A stretch of 64,000 nt of DNA from contig OZ024757.1 of the NCBI GenBank assembly GCA_964016885.1, positions 5,952,001 to 6,016,000 of the forward strand, read 5' to 3'. Positions 1 through 13,597 of the stretch are shown here, piece by piece. How positions within the stretch are numbered: position 1 is the first letter of the stretch; every line of letters begins with the position of its first letter. The translations under genes were made by a program, and so were the position numbers. The DNA comes from Eledone cirrhosa (Eukaryota). The notes below the pieces were generated by a model that was not told where the DNA came from, did no database searches, and saw only the letters and a list, made by a program, of their open reading frames with translations.

Positions 1-47
1 CACGATTGCGAATCCAATTCTCTAACCACTCAGCCACACGCCTTCAC
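1..47 (-). mobile_element. tRNA-derived SINE head (truncated by window edge)
   Basis: Reverse complement GTGAAGGCGTGTGGCTGAGTGGTTAGAGAATTGGATTCGC has an A-box and matches the SINE head at 9365-9408. Confidence 0.7.
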
Positions 48-256
48 AGGAAACAAGCTCTAACAAACTGTTAGAGGTAGACAGCTTCTGTTACCTGGGT
101 GATGATATCATCAGTGGAAGTGGGTGTTCTGAAAGTAGAGCAGCCTGAGTGAACATGGAATGGAAAAGGTTCAGGATGCTACTACCATGGCAACTTACTA
201 AAGGCTTTTTCTTCAAAACAAAGGGCAGGTTGAATAATGTGTGTATACGAACAGTT

Positions 257-311
<55 letters not shown>

Positions 312-342
312 ATTGTGTGTATATGTATATATATATATACAT

Positions 343-790
343 TAAGACAATGTCACTGGACTGAGATCTTTGGCGCTTCTCAGTAATACAGAAGACCCGC
401 CTTGCTTATGTACAAAGCGAAACCTACAGTCAGTAGGCACTCCTTAACTAAATATACACCCCCGTCCCCCTACCCCCACCCCATCAACACCAACCTTTCT
501 CTGTAAAGTTATGTTGGTACCACAACATCCAGTCCTAAATAAATGAGGTCGTGTAGGTGTCACAACAAAAGAACACTCAGTCCACGCTGTAATGTGGCCA
601 TGTAGGTAACATGGTAAAAACCTCCCAGTCCACACTGTAAACGGGGTTGGTGTTAGGAAGGATATCCAGCCATAGAAAACCTGCCATCTAGTCCTTTACA
701 AGTGAGATATGGTCACCCGACCAATCTTGCCTCAACTAAACCCAGGCTAGCGTGGAAGGTAGACATTAAACGATGATGATGATGATGACA
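343..790 (+). mobile_element. 3' end and 3' UTR of RTE LINE
   Basis: Colinear with 45078-45516 (3' end of the long RTE); ends in (GAT)n tail. Confidence 0.8.
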
Positions 791-859
791 AGCAATATAC
801 ATAATCTAAATAGAATGGTATAATGAAAGCATATAATGTAGGTACAGCAGTATTCTCAT

Positions 860-1590
860 AAATTGCTACAAAGGTAAAGGGGATGCTCTAGAGAGGAGCA
901 ATTATAGGGGCATAAAGCTGATGGATCAGGTTATGAAAGTGGCAGAGAGAGTATTAGCGCAGCTGATTAGAGAAAGGGTCAATTTAGATGAGATGCAGTT
1001 TGGTTTTGTGCCTCGGAAAATTACAACAGAAGCGCTCTTCATAGTGAGGTAACTACAAGAGAGGTTCTTAGAGAAGAATAAGTCACTATACTTAGCTCTT
1101 GTTGACCTTGAGAGGGCTTTTGATAGGGTACCCTAATCTGTCATCTGGTGGTCCCTAAGGAAACTAGGTGTAGAGGAATGGCTTGTGAGGACAGTGCAAG
1201 CTATGTACAGGGGTGCTGTCAGTAAAGTGAGGGTAGGAATGGAGTTTAGTGAGGAATTCCAGATACAAGTAGGTGTACATCAAGGTTCGGGCTTCAGCCC
1301 ACTCTTGTTCGTTATAAGCCTCCAAGCCATAACAGAGGGGTTTAAGACTGGATGCCCATGGGAACTTCTCTATGCTGATGATCTGGTTCTTATAGCAGAA
1401 TCAGTAGAGGGGTTAGAGAATAAATTCTGGCTATGGAAACAGCAGTTGGAATCAAGAGGCCTGAGAGTGAACATAGCTTAAACAAAAGTGTTGATGAGTA
1501 GAAAAGAGGATAAAACTCTGATTCCATCAGGGAAATGGCCATGTTCGATATATAGGAAAGAAAGTGGCATAAATTCCATAAAATGTACGT
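860..1590 (+). pseudogene. Degenerate RTE reverse transcriptase fragment
   Basis: ORF 1185-1481 has GVHQGS..SPLLF and ELLYADDLVL RT motifs; in-frame stops on both sides. Confidence 0.9.
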
Positions 1591-1634
1591 AAAAGAATAT
1601 CATACATACGTGTATATTCATATATTGTATTTAT

Positions 1635-3045
1635 CCTCATCATAATTTAAACTCCAATTTACATGCTAGCATGGGTCAGACGAGTTGTCTTATTGTGTGA
1701 AAACTTAGATCAAATAACCCTGCCTTGCTCATGCAAGAACCATTTCTGGTTGGATTGTACGGCTGGATGCCCTTCCTAACTCCAACCACATTTACAGGGT
1801 GGACTTGGTATTTATTGTTGTGTTGCTAACTTGACCAACCTACAGGGTGGACTGGGTGCTTTTTGCTGCTCTTTGTCATGTCACCAATTTGAAGGGTGGT
1901 TCGGGTCCCTTCAGTCTTGCCACTAGCATGACCACTTTACAGGGTGGGCTAGGGGCCTCCTGTCATGTCTACATCACTGGGTGCTTATTTGTCATGTCAC
2001 CATCATGACTACCTTGCATATTTTGTCATATTACCTAACAGAGAGGACTCTGTGTTCTTTTGTCATGACACTTGCATGACCACCTTACAGGAGTGCCTGA
2101 GGGCTTTTAGCCATTTAAGCAGCACTGGGGGAGAGCATGTTAAGCTTTCCATACTTGTATACATGGGTTGGTCAAGAAAGGTGTATCAGATTTGAAAGTG
2201 GGGGTGGGGCTGTGTGTATGTAGGGTGGAGATTGGAGAGGTAGGTCAGGGTGGAGTACTTAGCTGGTAAGGGGGTGGAGTGTTAAGATGTGGGGAGGAGG
2301 AAAATTAGAGCATACTTCAAACCACTAAATTTTGTGTCAACCTGTGGACATGGGAATGCAGGTCTCCTGCAGTACTGTATAACGCCAGAGATTTCAATCC
2401 TGTGTTATCACCTTTCAGAGGTACAATGGTGTCAGGTAAGTTTTTACCTCCTCATCCCAAGCTTTCCTAGGTCTTCTTCTTCCATCAATTTTCAAGCAGT
2501 CAACCTTTTATACAGCATCTCTACCTTCATACACATCACATTCCCATACCACAGCAATCTCCTCTCCTGCATACTGTATCTTATCCCTCTCATCCCCAGG
2601 TTCTCTCTCAGTTTATTTGTTCTTCATGTATATTAATATTACACATCCATCGGAGATTCAAGCTTCATTTCTATCCAATCTTGAGGTCATCACTGCAATG
2701 CAGCATTGCTGTTCATATACAGACATAAAATTGATGAAACAACCTTGTGTAGCTAGTAGCAGTAATAACACCATAAACATCTGCCATCTTGTTCTTACTC
2801 TTGTTACTGTACTTTCAGAACACCTACCTCCACTGCTAATTTGGTCACCCAGGTAACAGAAACTGTCAACCAGCTACTTTTATGGAACCCTTTAAATATT
2901 TGATAGAGCTTGTCTCCTAAAAGCGATTGCTTTTTACTGTTCCAGTGCAATGACCCCCACATAAAACATACTTTCTTACCTACCTTACTTTATCTCCTAC
3001 TAAATCTCTGGTGTACCCATAGTCTATTTAGAGTAAATAATGTTT
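1635..3045 (-). mobile_element. Old RTE LINE 3' relic, part of the duplicated cassette
   Basis: Minus strand resembles decayed RT C-terminus (LGDQISSGGRCSES..RVRTRW) plus 3' UTR; paralogous at ~14330-15770, ~46490-47560, ~61035-61790. Confidence 0.75.
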
Positions 3046-3289
3046 CATACACATAACATGTATGTGTGACTATTGTTTTCCTATTCCACTTATGGCCACC
3101 AGTGTTTAATGGGGGGGGGGGGGGATTTCCAAACAGACCCTTCATTAGGCATGCTGACAAATATTAAAAGGAAGTTCTTTCCTCCAACAATTTTCACCTA
3201 AAACAGAGGAGAGTTTCATGTTGTCAAAAAGGGAGGTAAATCTTTAGCAGTGTAATTGTTAGGCTTAAATAAATATGTAATTAGACACA

Positions 3290-3930
3290 CATAGAAGTGG
3301 TTGATAGATTTTGCAATCTAGGTCACTTAATTAGCAGTGGATGAGGCTGCTCTGAAAGATGAATAGCTAGAATAAGGAAAGTATGGAAAAAGTTTAGAGA
3401 GCTACTGCAACAGTTGACCACAAAAGGTTTCTCTCTCTGTACAAAAGGACAACTGTATGACACATGTGGGTGATGTGCAATGATGCATGGTAACTAAACA
3501 AGGGCTGTGACTGCAGAGGATATGTAGACTGGAGAGAAATAGAACAACCATGCTTTATAGGATATGTTATGTAAGTGTAAGAGAAAGGCAGAGCTTGGAC
3601 GAGTTCAAGAAAAAGCTGGGTTTAAGAGTGATCTGAAGTGGTGTGTAAGAGAGAAGACTGTGTTTGTACAGACATGGGATGCACATGGATAATGACCGCT
3701 GGGTGATGAAGTGCCAGGAAATCCCAGTAGAAGGAAACCATAGTAGAGGTAGACCAAGAAAGACCTGGACAGAGGCTGTGTGAACTGACTGCAAAGAACC
3801 GACTCTCACAGAGGAGATGACAAAAGAACATGACGAGTGGAAAGATGCCATGTTGAGAAGGACCTGTCCAACCAAGCAAGCATGGAAAAACCGACATAAA
3901 AACAGTGATCATGTTGATGAAGATGACGTA
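3290..3930 (+). mobile_element. Old RTE LINE 3' relic downstream of ZNF gene
   Basis: Decayed RIRxxWKKFRELL...GRPRKTW motifs and GAT-rich tail; paralogous at ~16010-16630 and ~48310-48920. Confidence 0.75.
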
Positions 3931-4138
3931 CATACATACATACATAAATCAAACACATATGCACATACGTATATACAAACACAGATACGAACATATACAT
4001 GGACACAAATTTCTACACACATACATTCACATATATATAACGTGTGTAAATTCTGAACAATACAGTTTTGTTGGCAAAACTCTTGGTTACAACTTCTACA
4101 AATAAAATGAAAGGAGAAGTATTTCTTAGTAAAACAGT

Positions 4139-4144
4139 TTTATT
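4139..4144 (-). promoter_or_regulatory. Putative polyadenylation signal AATAAA of ZNF cassette
   Basis: AATAAA on minus strand at the homologous position in all four cassettes (4139, 16856, 49131, 62287), downstream of the ZNF stop. Confidence 0.5.
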
Positions 4145-4558
4145 CAAAATATTAACATTGGTGGCACTATTTTGGGTGAGTGACATGGTTTTCATCTTGT
4201 CTAATTGTGTTGCATTAAGTAATCTTTAGAAGAGAACAATTTATCACAGACATCATAGTGATATGGTTCCTCTCCTGTAGATGTTAGTGTCTAATGAAGT
4301 CACAGAATTTAGAGAAGCATTTACCAGACATCATAGTGATATGGTTCCTCTCCTGTAGATGTTAGTGTCTAGTGAAGTCACAACATTTAGAGAAAGATTT
4401 ACCAAATATATCAAAGTGATATGGCTTCCCAGCTGTATGTATATGTTTGTGTGTAACATTCAAAGAGAATGGTTTCTCTCAGATGTCACAATTATATGTA
4501 TTTGTATTCTCATTAATTCACAAATTTGAGAGAATGATTTATGACTGATGTCAATGCG

Positions 4559-6156
<1,598 letters not shown>

Positions 6157-6611
6157 AATTATTCCTTCTTCAACAGAATATACAGATGTTTTCCTTGTAA
6201 TTTTTTTATATTATAATTCTTATAAAATATTTCTTCTTCTATATTTCCCTCAACTATATTTCATATAACATCTGAAGATAATACAAACTTCTTTTTCATC
6301 CACGTTTAGTTAAAATACAAAATCATCTTATAGTGAAGAAAATAAACTCAGTTTTGAGGAAATATTTCACAGTAATACGATGAGAGATTTATATAAACAG
6401 TGTTATATAAGTTCTGCTTAGAATGTTTTAGTCTTAAAATGATGATAAATAGAGGTGATGTATCCAAGATTGAAAATAATAATTTATCCCAATGTCATCT
6501 GATATTCTGAAATAAGAAAGAAACAGTATGAGATAATACAGAATACTTTAGAAGCAGAGATAGATTTAACAGTGGGAATTTTATATTTCTATATTGGTAA
6601 ATTGTAGACTA

Positions 6612-7135
6612 CCTTGAGTAGAAGATTATGGAAGTTAAAGGACCCCATAGCCAGTGACAAATTTAAAAGCCTATTACTTGATGCCTTTGACAATAAGGAA
6701 GATCAATTAGAGACATGCAATATAGAGGAAGAGTGGCAATCCTTGAAAGTGAACCTGCTGAAAGCAACAGTCAGTAGGAACCTCTAACAAAATACACCCC
6801 CGTCCCACTACCCCCACCCCATCCACACCACCCCCTTAAATGTAAAGTTATGTTGGAACCACAACATCCAGTCCGAAACAAATGAGGTCGTGTAGGTGTC
6901 ACGACAAAAAAAAAACCACACAGTCCATGCTGTAATGTGGCCATGTAGGTAACACGGTAAAAACCTCCCAGTCCACACTGTAAATGTGGTTGGTGTTAGG
7001 AAGGGCATCCAGCCGTAGAAAACCCACCAGACAGTCCTATGCGAGCAAGACAACCATTCTTGCCTCAAGTGGGAAAACTCCCGTCCAAACCCATGCTAGC
7101 GTGGAAGATGGACGTTAAACGATGATGATGATGAT
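6612..7135 (+). mobile_element. Internally deleted RTE LINE copy
   Basis: 6625-6767 matches 42910-43050 and is joined directly to the 3' UTR matching 45164-45516; (GAT)n tail. Confidence 0.8.
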
Positions 7136-7139
7136 GTAT

Positions 7140-7540
7140 ATATATATATACACTGTGCACAGTATATATAATACCCTATATATGTTGTCCAAGAGAAAGG
7201 CTATGGCCGATAGAGCTTGGCACTTGTGACATCACAACATATATATACACTATATTTATTATACAGTATATATACACTATATATATGTCCAAGGGAAAGG
7301 TAATGGCTGACACAGCTTGGCACCAGTGACATCACAACATATATATACACTGTGTACAATATATATTATACACCATATATGTTGTCCAAGGGAAAGGCAA
7401 TGGCTGACACAGCTTGGCACCAGTGACATCACAACATATATATACACTGTGTACAATATATATTATACACTATATATGTTGTCCAAGGGAAAGGCAAATG
7501 CTGACACAGCTTGGCACCAGTGACATAAAAACATATATAT
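7140..7540. repeat. SINE-fragment plus AT-microsatellite tandem array
   Basis: Repeated GTCCAAGGGAAAGGCAATGGCTGACACAGCTTGGCACCAGTGACATCACAAC separated by TATATACAC tracts. Confidence 0.85.
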
Positions 7541-7964
7541 ATAACTTATATCCCAGACTTCCATAGATTATTTCTATTCTACAGCTATCTCTCTTCCCCA
7601 GTTTCAAAATGTTCTGTTTACATTATTATTATTATCATTCACTTGTTCCACAACGTATATACTTCGACCTTGTTTTTGATATAAACATGGTTGGACATTG
7701 TCTCTTTCTCTACAAACTCATGCCTAACCCCCACCATTACCTCCCTTTTCTCTCACTCATTCATTTCGGTGTTTTCAAAGCTAGGTGACCATCTTCGAAG
7801 TTCTTGCATACTTGCCTTGTCTAATAAGCCTACTTATATCTGCTTATTTCCCCCGAATCTGCTGTGATGATATATGTCATGATGGCTACCTATCTCACAA
7901 TTTCCCACTCACCACCATAGGCTATTTGACCAATCAAACCTCAGCAACATGTCCTTACCCATTA

Positions 7965-8243
7965 CCAGCCCCAACAAACTCTGCCATTACTACTACTGTC
8001 CTTCTAGCCCTTACTAGCCCCAACAAACTCTGCCATTCCTACTACTGTCCTTCTAGCCCTTACCAGCCCAACAAACTCTGCCATTACTACTACTGTCCTT
8101 CTAGCCCCAACAAACTCTGCCATTACTACTTCTGTCCTTCTAGCCCTTACTAGCCCCAACAAACTCTGCCATTACTACTACTGTCCTTCTAGCCCTTACC
8201 AGCCCCAACAAACTCTGTCATTGCTACTACTGTCCTTCTAGCC
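7965..8243. repeat. 49-bp minisatellite (~6 units)
   Basis: Unit CCCCAACAAACTCTGCCATTACTACTACTGTCCTTCTAGCCCTTACCAG; measured period 49. Confidence 0.9.
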
Positions 8244-8409
8244 CTGCACCAAAGAATTCTTGTTTACTGTTATGTATGGAGGAGTAAAAGATAAATGGAA
8301 CAACCCCGAATAAATAAATCAATATGAATCCGCGAGTTACCAAGCACCCATACAAAGCTTTAATTGAGAGACAGGAATCATACACACTCCCCCGCAAAAA
8401 TTCACCCTC

Positions 8410-10390
8410 TCCCACAAATGATGGCAAATGTTCAAAACTCTGAGTTGGCAGCATCAACATAAGCACAATGGAAGTAAGGGAAGGAGAAATTATAGACATG
8501 CTAGAGTGAAAGGATATTGATGTATGCTGTGTGCAAGAGACTAGGTGGAGAGGAGAGTCCGCTAGAGTCCTTGTAGGCAAAAGTTAGTGCTATACATTTT
8601 TCTGGGTGGGAAATGACAATGGGATGGGTGGTGTAGGTATACTATTAGCTGAGAAATGGGTAGATAAAGTAATAACCACATATTGTTAACCAGGTAATAC
8701 TAGAGGGTGTCATACCAAAGGATTGGTGCAGCAGCAACATCGTCAACTGCTACAAGGGTAAAGTAGATGCACTAGATAGAATAAACTATAGAGGTATGAA
8801 GCTGATGGACCAGGTCATGAAAGTAATGGAAAGAGTCATAGCACAGTTGATCAGGGACTGGGTAAAACTAGGTGAGATGCAGTTTGGGCTTGTGCCAGGA
8901 AAAAGCACCACTGATGCCCTCTTCCTTGTGAGGCAGTTACAGGAGAAGTACCTAGCTAAAAGCAAGCTGCTCTCCCTGGCTTTTGTCGATATGGAAAAAG
9001 CCTGGTGGGCAGAAAACTAGAAGTAGATTAGTGGCTTGTGAAAGCTGTACAAGCCATGTATATGGGACATGTCAGTAAAGTTAGAGTTAACAATTACTAT
9101 AGCGAGGAATCTAGCATACAGGTCGGTGTCCACCAGGGCTCTGTTCTTTGCTTTCTCCTGTTTATAATAGTATTTTTTTTTTTTTTTTTTAGTCGATCGA
9201 CTTTCGTCAAATCGGACCGAGGAAACAATGTTTTCGTCGGTCTTTCCAGTTGCTAATACTATCTATCGGTCGCAACTCCAGGTAGAAGGAGCAACGTGAA
9301 ATAAAGTGTCTTGCTTAAGGACATAACACATCGCCCGGTCCAGGAATCGAACTCACAATCTCAAGATTGTGAATCCAATTCTCTACCCACTCAGCCACAC
9401 GCCTTCACTATAATAGTATTGCAGGCTATAACAGAGGAGTTTAAGACCTGATGCCCATAGGAACTCCTATACGTGGATGATCTTACACTTATAGCTGAAT
9501 CTATGGCAGAACTAAAGAAACAAGCACCACCAAACTCTGGGAGAGATCTGTAGAAACAATAGACAGCTTTTGCTACCTAGGTGACCGAATAAGCAGGAGG
9601 CGAGTGTTCCGAAAGTACAGTAACCAGGGTAACAACGGGATTGAAGAAGTTTAGGGAGCTACTGCCACTGCTAGCTGCAAAAGGCTTTTCCATCAAAATG
9701 AAAGGCAGTCTGTATGATGCGTGCATACGAACAGCAATGTTACATGGTAGTGAGACCTGGGCACTGTCTGTAGAAGACTTGCGTAGATTAGAAAGAAACA
9801 AAGCTTGCATGCTCCGATGGATGTGTAATAGTAATATACGCGAACGGCAAAGCATAAATGAATTAAGAGAGAGACTGAGCATAAGAGGAATCAAATGCTG
9901 TGTGCAGGAAAGGAGGTTGTGTTGGTATAGACATGTGATGTGTATGAAGGATGAAAGCTACATAAACAGATGCAGAGCACTAGAAGTCAATGGAAGCCAT
10001 GGAGTGGGGGGACCCAAGAAGACCTGGGATGAGGTGATGAAAGCTGACCTTACCCAATTGCACCTCCCAAATGTAATGACACCGGACCGTGACCTCTGGC
10101 TTCACACGGTAACATAGGAGATCCGACTTCCCATGGGTACAAGCCGAAGCTGAAACACATAGACAACATGCCCCCACCCCCACCCACTGTAAAGTGGCCA
10201 TGGAGCTGTCACAACAAAAAAGCACCCAGCACTCACTGTGAGGTTGGTGTTAGGAAGGGCATCCAGCTGTAGAAATCAAGACAAAATCGGTTCCCATCTG
10301 AGCAAGACAAGGTCCCCCTACCTGGCACTGCTCACAACCTGTCTAACCCATACTTCCGTGGAAGAAGGGACGTAAAACAGTGATGATGAT
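8410..10390 (+). mobile_element. Non-autonomous, doubly deleted RTE derivative (copy A)
   Basis: Endonuclease N-terminus (DVCCVQETRWRG..GVGILLAEKWVDKV) fused to pre-RT region; RT motifs with stops; Cys-rich insert deleted; (GAT)n tail. Confidence 0.85.
9175..9408 (-). mobile_element. Young poly(A)-tailed tRNA-derived SINE with 12-bp TSD
   Basis: A-box TGGCTGAGTGG, B-box GTTCGATTCC, poly(A); TATAATAGTATT duplicated at 9163-9174 and 9409-9420; empty sites near 24770 and 56530. Confidence 0.92.
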
Positions 10391-10820
10391 ATACATATAT
10401 ATACACTGTGTACAGTATATATACACTATATATATTATACAGTATATATCCACTATATATATTATACAGTATATATCCACTATATATATTATACAGTATA
10501 TATATACACTATATATATGTCCAAGAGAAAGACAATGGCCAGTACAGCTTGGCACGAGTGACATCACAACATATATATATACTATATATATACACTATGT
10601 ATATATTATACATACACTGTGTACAGTATATATACACTATATATATTATACAGTATATATACACTATATGTCCAAGAGAATGGTTATGGCCAATACAGCT
10701 TGGTACCAGTGACATCACAACTCATTTCTACATTTCAAGGAAACAACACATCACCCGGCCTGAGAAACGAACTCACAACCTTTTAATTGTAAGCCCAATG
10801 CTCTAACCACTAAGCCATGA
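10390..10820 (-). repeat. SINE-fragment tandem array running into SINE head
   Basis: Same unit as 7140-7540, followed by a partly deleted tRNA-like head. Confidence 0.75.
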
Positions 10821-11169
10821 TACCTTCCAGAACCAACCGTGATATAGAGACCATAAAGACAACCGTTGTTTTCATAGTTTAAGCCTTAAAATACCTCTCA
10901 TACATGCTTTAAGTACATATAAACTCATTAAAACACACTTTTGTATTTAAACACCAAAAACAGCCAGTAACGATCGTATAGAAACTACCAATCTATGAAG
11001 GGTTTGTAGTAGATTAGAGCAAAACACAATCAGTAAAACAATAATGGAATGAAAAATATAAACATTTTTTCATAGTTAAAGCCTTAAGATGTCCCTTCCT
11101 TACGATATACACTTTAATAACATTGAAACTTATGTAATAAGTGTAAAATGTAAACACTTTTTATTCAGA

Positions 11170-11305
11170 GGTACCGCGATAAGAAACTAGATATGTTCTA
11201 ACGAATAATCCGCGATGTGGCGAGGATTACCGCAATAGGAAATTATATACGTTCCAAAGAAATATCCGCGATGTAACTGAACCGCGATATAGCGGGGGAT
11301 TACTG
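11170..11305 (-). mobile_element. pogo/Tigger-like transposon end
   Basis: Minus strand TA-CAGTAATCCCCCGCTATATCGCGG resembles Tigger-type TIRs; paralogues end at ~26885 and ~58534; partner TIR not found. Confidence 0.55.
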
Positions 11306-11359
11306 TATATATACACACACAACATACATCTATCTATATACACTCATAACATATATTTC

Positions 11360-11979
11360 GGCACTGTCATGGTATTAGCTGTCAGAAGTGAAAGTAAAAG
11401 AAGGTGACGTCATTCGTCAACCTTCTCAATCCTTTATTTCCGTATCACTATTCCCTTTATTTATGTTTAGGATTTTCTAAGGGATACGTTTACGATGAGA
11501 TACACTTATTAAAAAAATATATGGGGGCCAAATAACCCCGTCATTTGAGAGAGAAACGATAATATACAATCTTATTTAACGTGTGTATTAAAAACTACAC
11601 TAGCTGTTACAATTGTAATTAACGTGTAAGAACTTAAATGAAAATATAGGTGGTCCTTAAAAGGGCCGGTGTTGAACTTAAATTTGTTTTCTAATTTGAT
11701 AACCATGACTTGATTCAACACCGGCCCTTTTAAGGGCCACCTATATTTTCATTTAAGTTCTTACACGTTAATTACAATTGTAACAGCTAGTGTAGTTTGT
11801 AATACACATGTTAAATAAGATTGTATATTATCGTTTCTCTCGAAAATTACGGGGTTATTTGGTCGTAATAAATTAAATAATAAACGTAAATAAACGGAAT
11901 AGTGATATGGAAATAAAGGATTGAGAAGGTTGACGACTGACGTCACCTTCTTTCTGACAGCTAATACCACGACAGTGCC
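11360..11979. mobile_element. ~620-bp foldback/MULE-like palindromic element
   Basis: GGCACTGTCATGGTATTAGCTGTCAGAA...TTCTGACAGCTAATACCACGACAGTGCC; ~270-310-bp arms around a ~37-bp spacer; imperfect 8-bp TSD tatatttc/tttatttc; empty site at 58581-58590. Confidence 0.88.
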
Positions 11980-12336
11980 CTTTATTTCGATATCTTACAT
12001 TAAAATGTTGACTGAGGGTGTGGCAACTGTTTCTTGTTTGAGGTTGTTCCAGTGGTTGAAATATAGACGGAGGTAATTAAATAATAAAGACAGTCATGAT
12101 AACAATATATTTTATATCACATGTAACAGTGGAATCTGATGATTGAAAAATATCACATCAACATTTCAGTTTGGAAGTGTTTTTACTATATATAAAAGTG
12201 GAGGAAGAAATATATTTTTCTAATGTTGTTATATATATTTTCACTTGTATATAATTACTGGGTCGTTGTAAGTTTCACATAATTATATTATTTACACACA
12301 TTAATATAAACATCAAGTAAATCTTTGTCAACTTAC

Positions 12337-12530
12337 CTCCTTCACATATAATCAATGTATTGTGTTGTTAGTTTTTACTAAACAACCAAAGAAATAATCT
12401 CTTTGTTATCAAATTAGAAGTTTCAATGTTATCAGCTTTATTTCACGACATTAACGTTGGTGTATCTTCTTCATCTTTAGTCATGAATTGATATCTTGTC
12501 AGAATGAAGTAGTGAGGCGGACTTTATGTC
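12337..12530 (-). other. Putative non-coding first exon of ZNF copy A (5' limit uncertain)
   Basis: Non-TE block upstream of the conserved donor; conserved at 27908-28100 and 58936-59130. Confidence 0.45.
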
Positions 12531-13479
12531 TTTAGCCACAGATTTGATAGGAAATATATATATATTAGGTTGATATGTGGACTAAAATATATATATTGTC
12601 TATAAATGACTGATAGCAGATGTTCTGGTGAAATAGTAGTTTTACTACTACAGATTGTAATGGAACTCTTAGTAGACACAATTGTAAAGTAAGAATAGAT
12701 ATGACAGTGTAAGACTGATGTCGGGTAATTAAAATTGTGTATATATATATAATTGTTACACAAGGTATAATTAGATTAATTAAAGTTATAATGAAGACAG
12801 CAGGTATCCGGTGTCGTTGGTAATGTTTCAACTCTCGTACCGGTGTCATACGTTAAAAGTCGCTGTTACAATTTAATACCTTCAGACACAGTTCCAATCG
12901 TATTTAATTTATTGTAAATCAGAAAATATGACTCAGTAAAATATCAATTATATATCAATAAGAGAACCTCTACGTAGTCTCTCTAACTGTTAGAAATAAC
13001 AGCGATATTATCGATTACAACTGCTCTCTCTGTCTCTCTCTCTCTCTATATATATATACATACATATATGTACGTATGTATGTATATATATGTGTTTATA
13101 TGTGTATATATGGGTGTGTATGTGTGTTTACACGTATGTATGGTGTGTATATGTGTACATAAGGGTTTGGTATATGTACGTTTGGTGAACATGTGTATTT
13201 ACCTGTAGGTATGTGTGAGCGTGCGTTCTATACGCATTTATGCGTGTATATTTATATATGTATATATAATTATATGTATATACACACACATATATATTTA
13301 TATGTGTATTTGGTGCATATGTTCGTACGTGTGCGGGTATATGTGTCGCGCCGGTTTACGTCCATGTGCGTGTGTTTATGTGTACGTGCATGTATATGCA
13401 TGCAAGGTGTGTGTTTTCGCGTATGCACGTGTATAAATGTGTGTATGCATATATTTAATTATTATTACTTTTATGCATG

Positions 13480-13597
13480 GTGTGAGTTCAAATCCCACCG
13501 AGGTTAACTTTGCCTTTCATCCTGACAGGGTCGATAAAATAAAGTACCAGTAATGTACTGGGTAATTGCTGGCCTTGTGCCTAAAGTAGAAACAATT
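13480..13597 (+). mobile_element. SINE fragment with CORE-like domain
   Basis: B-box GAGTTCAAATCC followed by GAGGTTAACTTTGCCTTTCATCC..GGGTCGATAAAATAAAGTACCAG; also at ~30325, ~32750, ~40365. Confidence 0.7.

Larger units (their letters stand above)
6507..12336 (-). other. Predicted 5'-UTR intron of ZNF copy A
   Basis: Minus-strand donor GAG|GTAAGT at 12336 and acceptor TTTCTTTCTTATTTCAG| at 6507; both conserved in copies B and C. Confidence 0.6.

Noticed and set aside
9330-9408. tRNA gene
   Set aside because: A and B boxes are present but followed by SINE body, poly(A) and TSD; no convincing cloverleaf
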